DNA from: the human T2T-CHM13v2.0 reference genome, Homo sapiens
Direction: 5' to 3' (one strand)
DNA: 64,000 nt
NCBI RefSeq assembly: GCF_009914755.1
Contig: NC_060944.1
Below are positions 63,031-64,000 of this stretch, in pieces; within the stretch, counting starts at the first letter, position 1; each line of letters starts with the position of its first letter. The notes under the pieces were generated by a model. That model was not told where the DNA came from, did no database searches, and saw only the letters and a list, made by a program, of their open reading frames with translations. Made by a program: the position numbers and the translations under genes.

Positions 63031-64000
63031 CCGTGACACAGGTAGTACCCAGGAACCGGGCAGGTGCATGAGATGAGGGTGGGGGGTCGACTTTGGATCA
63101 GGTAGTCCGGGAGGGCCTCTGAGGAAGTGGCAGTCAAAGACGCCCTGGATCGCATTCTGTGAGCCAATATCCTAGAATTAGAGTTTGCAGCCCCATGCCC
63201 TGCAGACTCGCAAGAGCAGTTAATTAAAAATACCTGCCTCTCTGGAGCACAGGAAGGTGTCTTCTCTAATTAGTGTGTGAGTGTAAAGTGCTTTGAAATC
63301 CAAGGATAAAAGGGGAGTGAGGGGTGAGGCTCTGGTCACAGGGCCAGGGTGTCCCACTGGGAAGCGATCCATGAACCCGAAGAGCTAGACTCAGAGAGCC
63401 ATGCTCGTGCTCACGGGCCTGCCGGAGCCGACCCTCTCTCAGGTTCCAAGTGGAGTTTAGGGCAGCGGGAGATGCGCCCACCTAGGGCAGGCTGAGAGGA
63501 GCAGAGCACGGATGTTGGAGCCAGACTCCGAGGTCATGTGCTTAAAGCCGTGGACCCAGCACGTGGCAGCTAGCGGTGCCAAGTTGGTATTAGCTGTTTC
63601 CCGTCTTGTTACATGATCGCTTTTGTGTTCTTGTTTTTGCTGTTGTTGTTACCTGCCATTTACTAGCCGGGTGACCCTGGGTAAGTTACTGACCCTCTCT
63701 GAACCATGATTTTCTTCTCTGAGCCTCAGTGTTCTCTTCTTTAAAGTGGGACACTTGCAGCCCAGCAGTGCCGGGTGCAGGCAACACGTGTGGCACAGAG
63801 CAGAACAAACACCACTCTGCCCAGTCAGCCATTGCCTTGTGCCAAGCACTGCCTCAAGCATATTGTATGCGTTCACTCATTTAATCCTCACAGACATTAT
63901 TCCCACTTCCTGGACAAGGACCTCAGAGCCACCAGGAATAGCCATGCACTGCCCAGCTCCAGGGGGCCCCAATCACACAGACCATGACATGAACAGCAGC

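Overview
Primate (very likely human) non-coding DNA: GC-moderate, rich in Alu, MIR and L2, with many old MaLR/ERVL LTRs and hAT DNA-transposon fossils. I cannot support any protein-coding exon, tRNA, rRNA or functional small-RNA gene. The longer supplied ORFs are Alu-antisense, low-complexity or chance frames. The one gene-like item is a near-full-length minus-strand 7SL (SRP RNA) retropseudogene at about 56772-57065. It carries a 7-nt deletion in helix 8 and sits in a target site hit by three successive retroinsertions. Several short repeat-poor, CpG-retaining islands with clustered transcription-factor motifs look like enhancers or a promoter (about 6.6-7.25, 17.1-17.25, 26.5-27.0, 43.2-43.45 and 50.9-51.1 kb), and there is a near-consensus CTCF core at 2485. 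I found no convincing new biological system. The most unusual items are retrotransposition and rearrangement footprints: reused target sites, fold-back junctions and nested Alus. Repeat subfamily names come from my recollection of consensus sequences and boundaries are approximate; RepeatMasker/Dfam and BLAT are needed to confirm them and place the locus.
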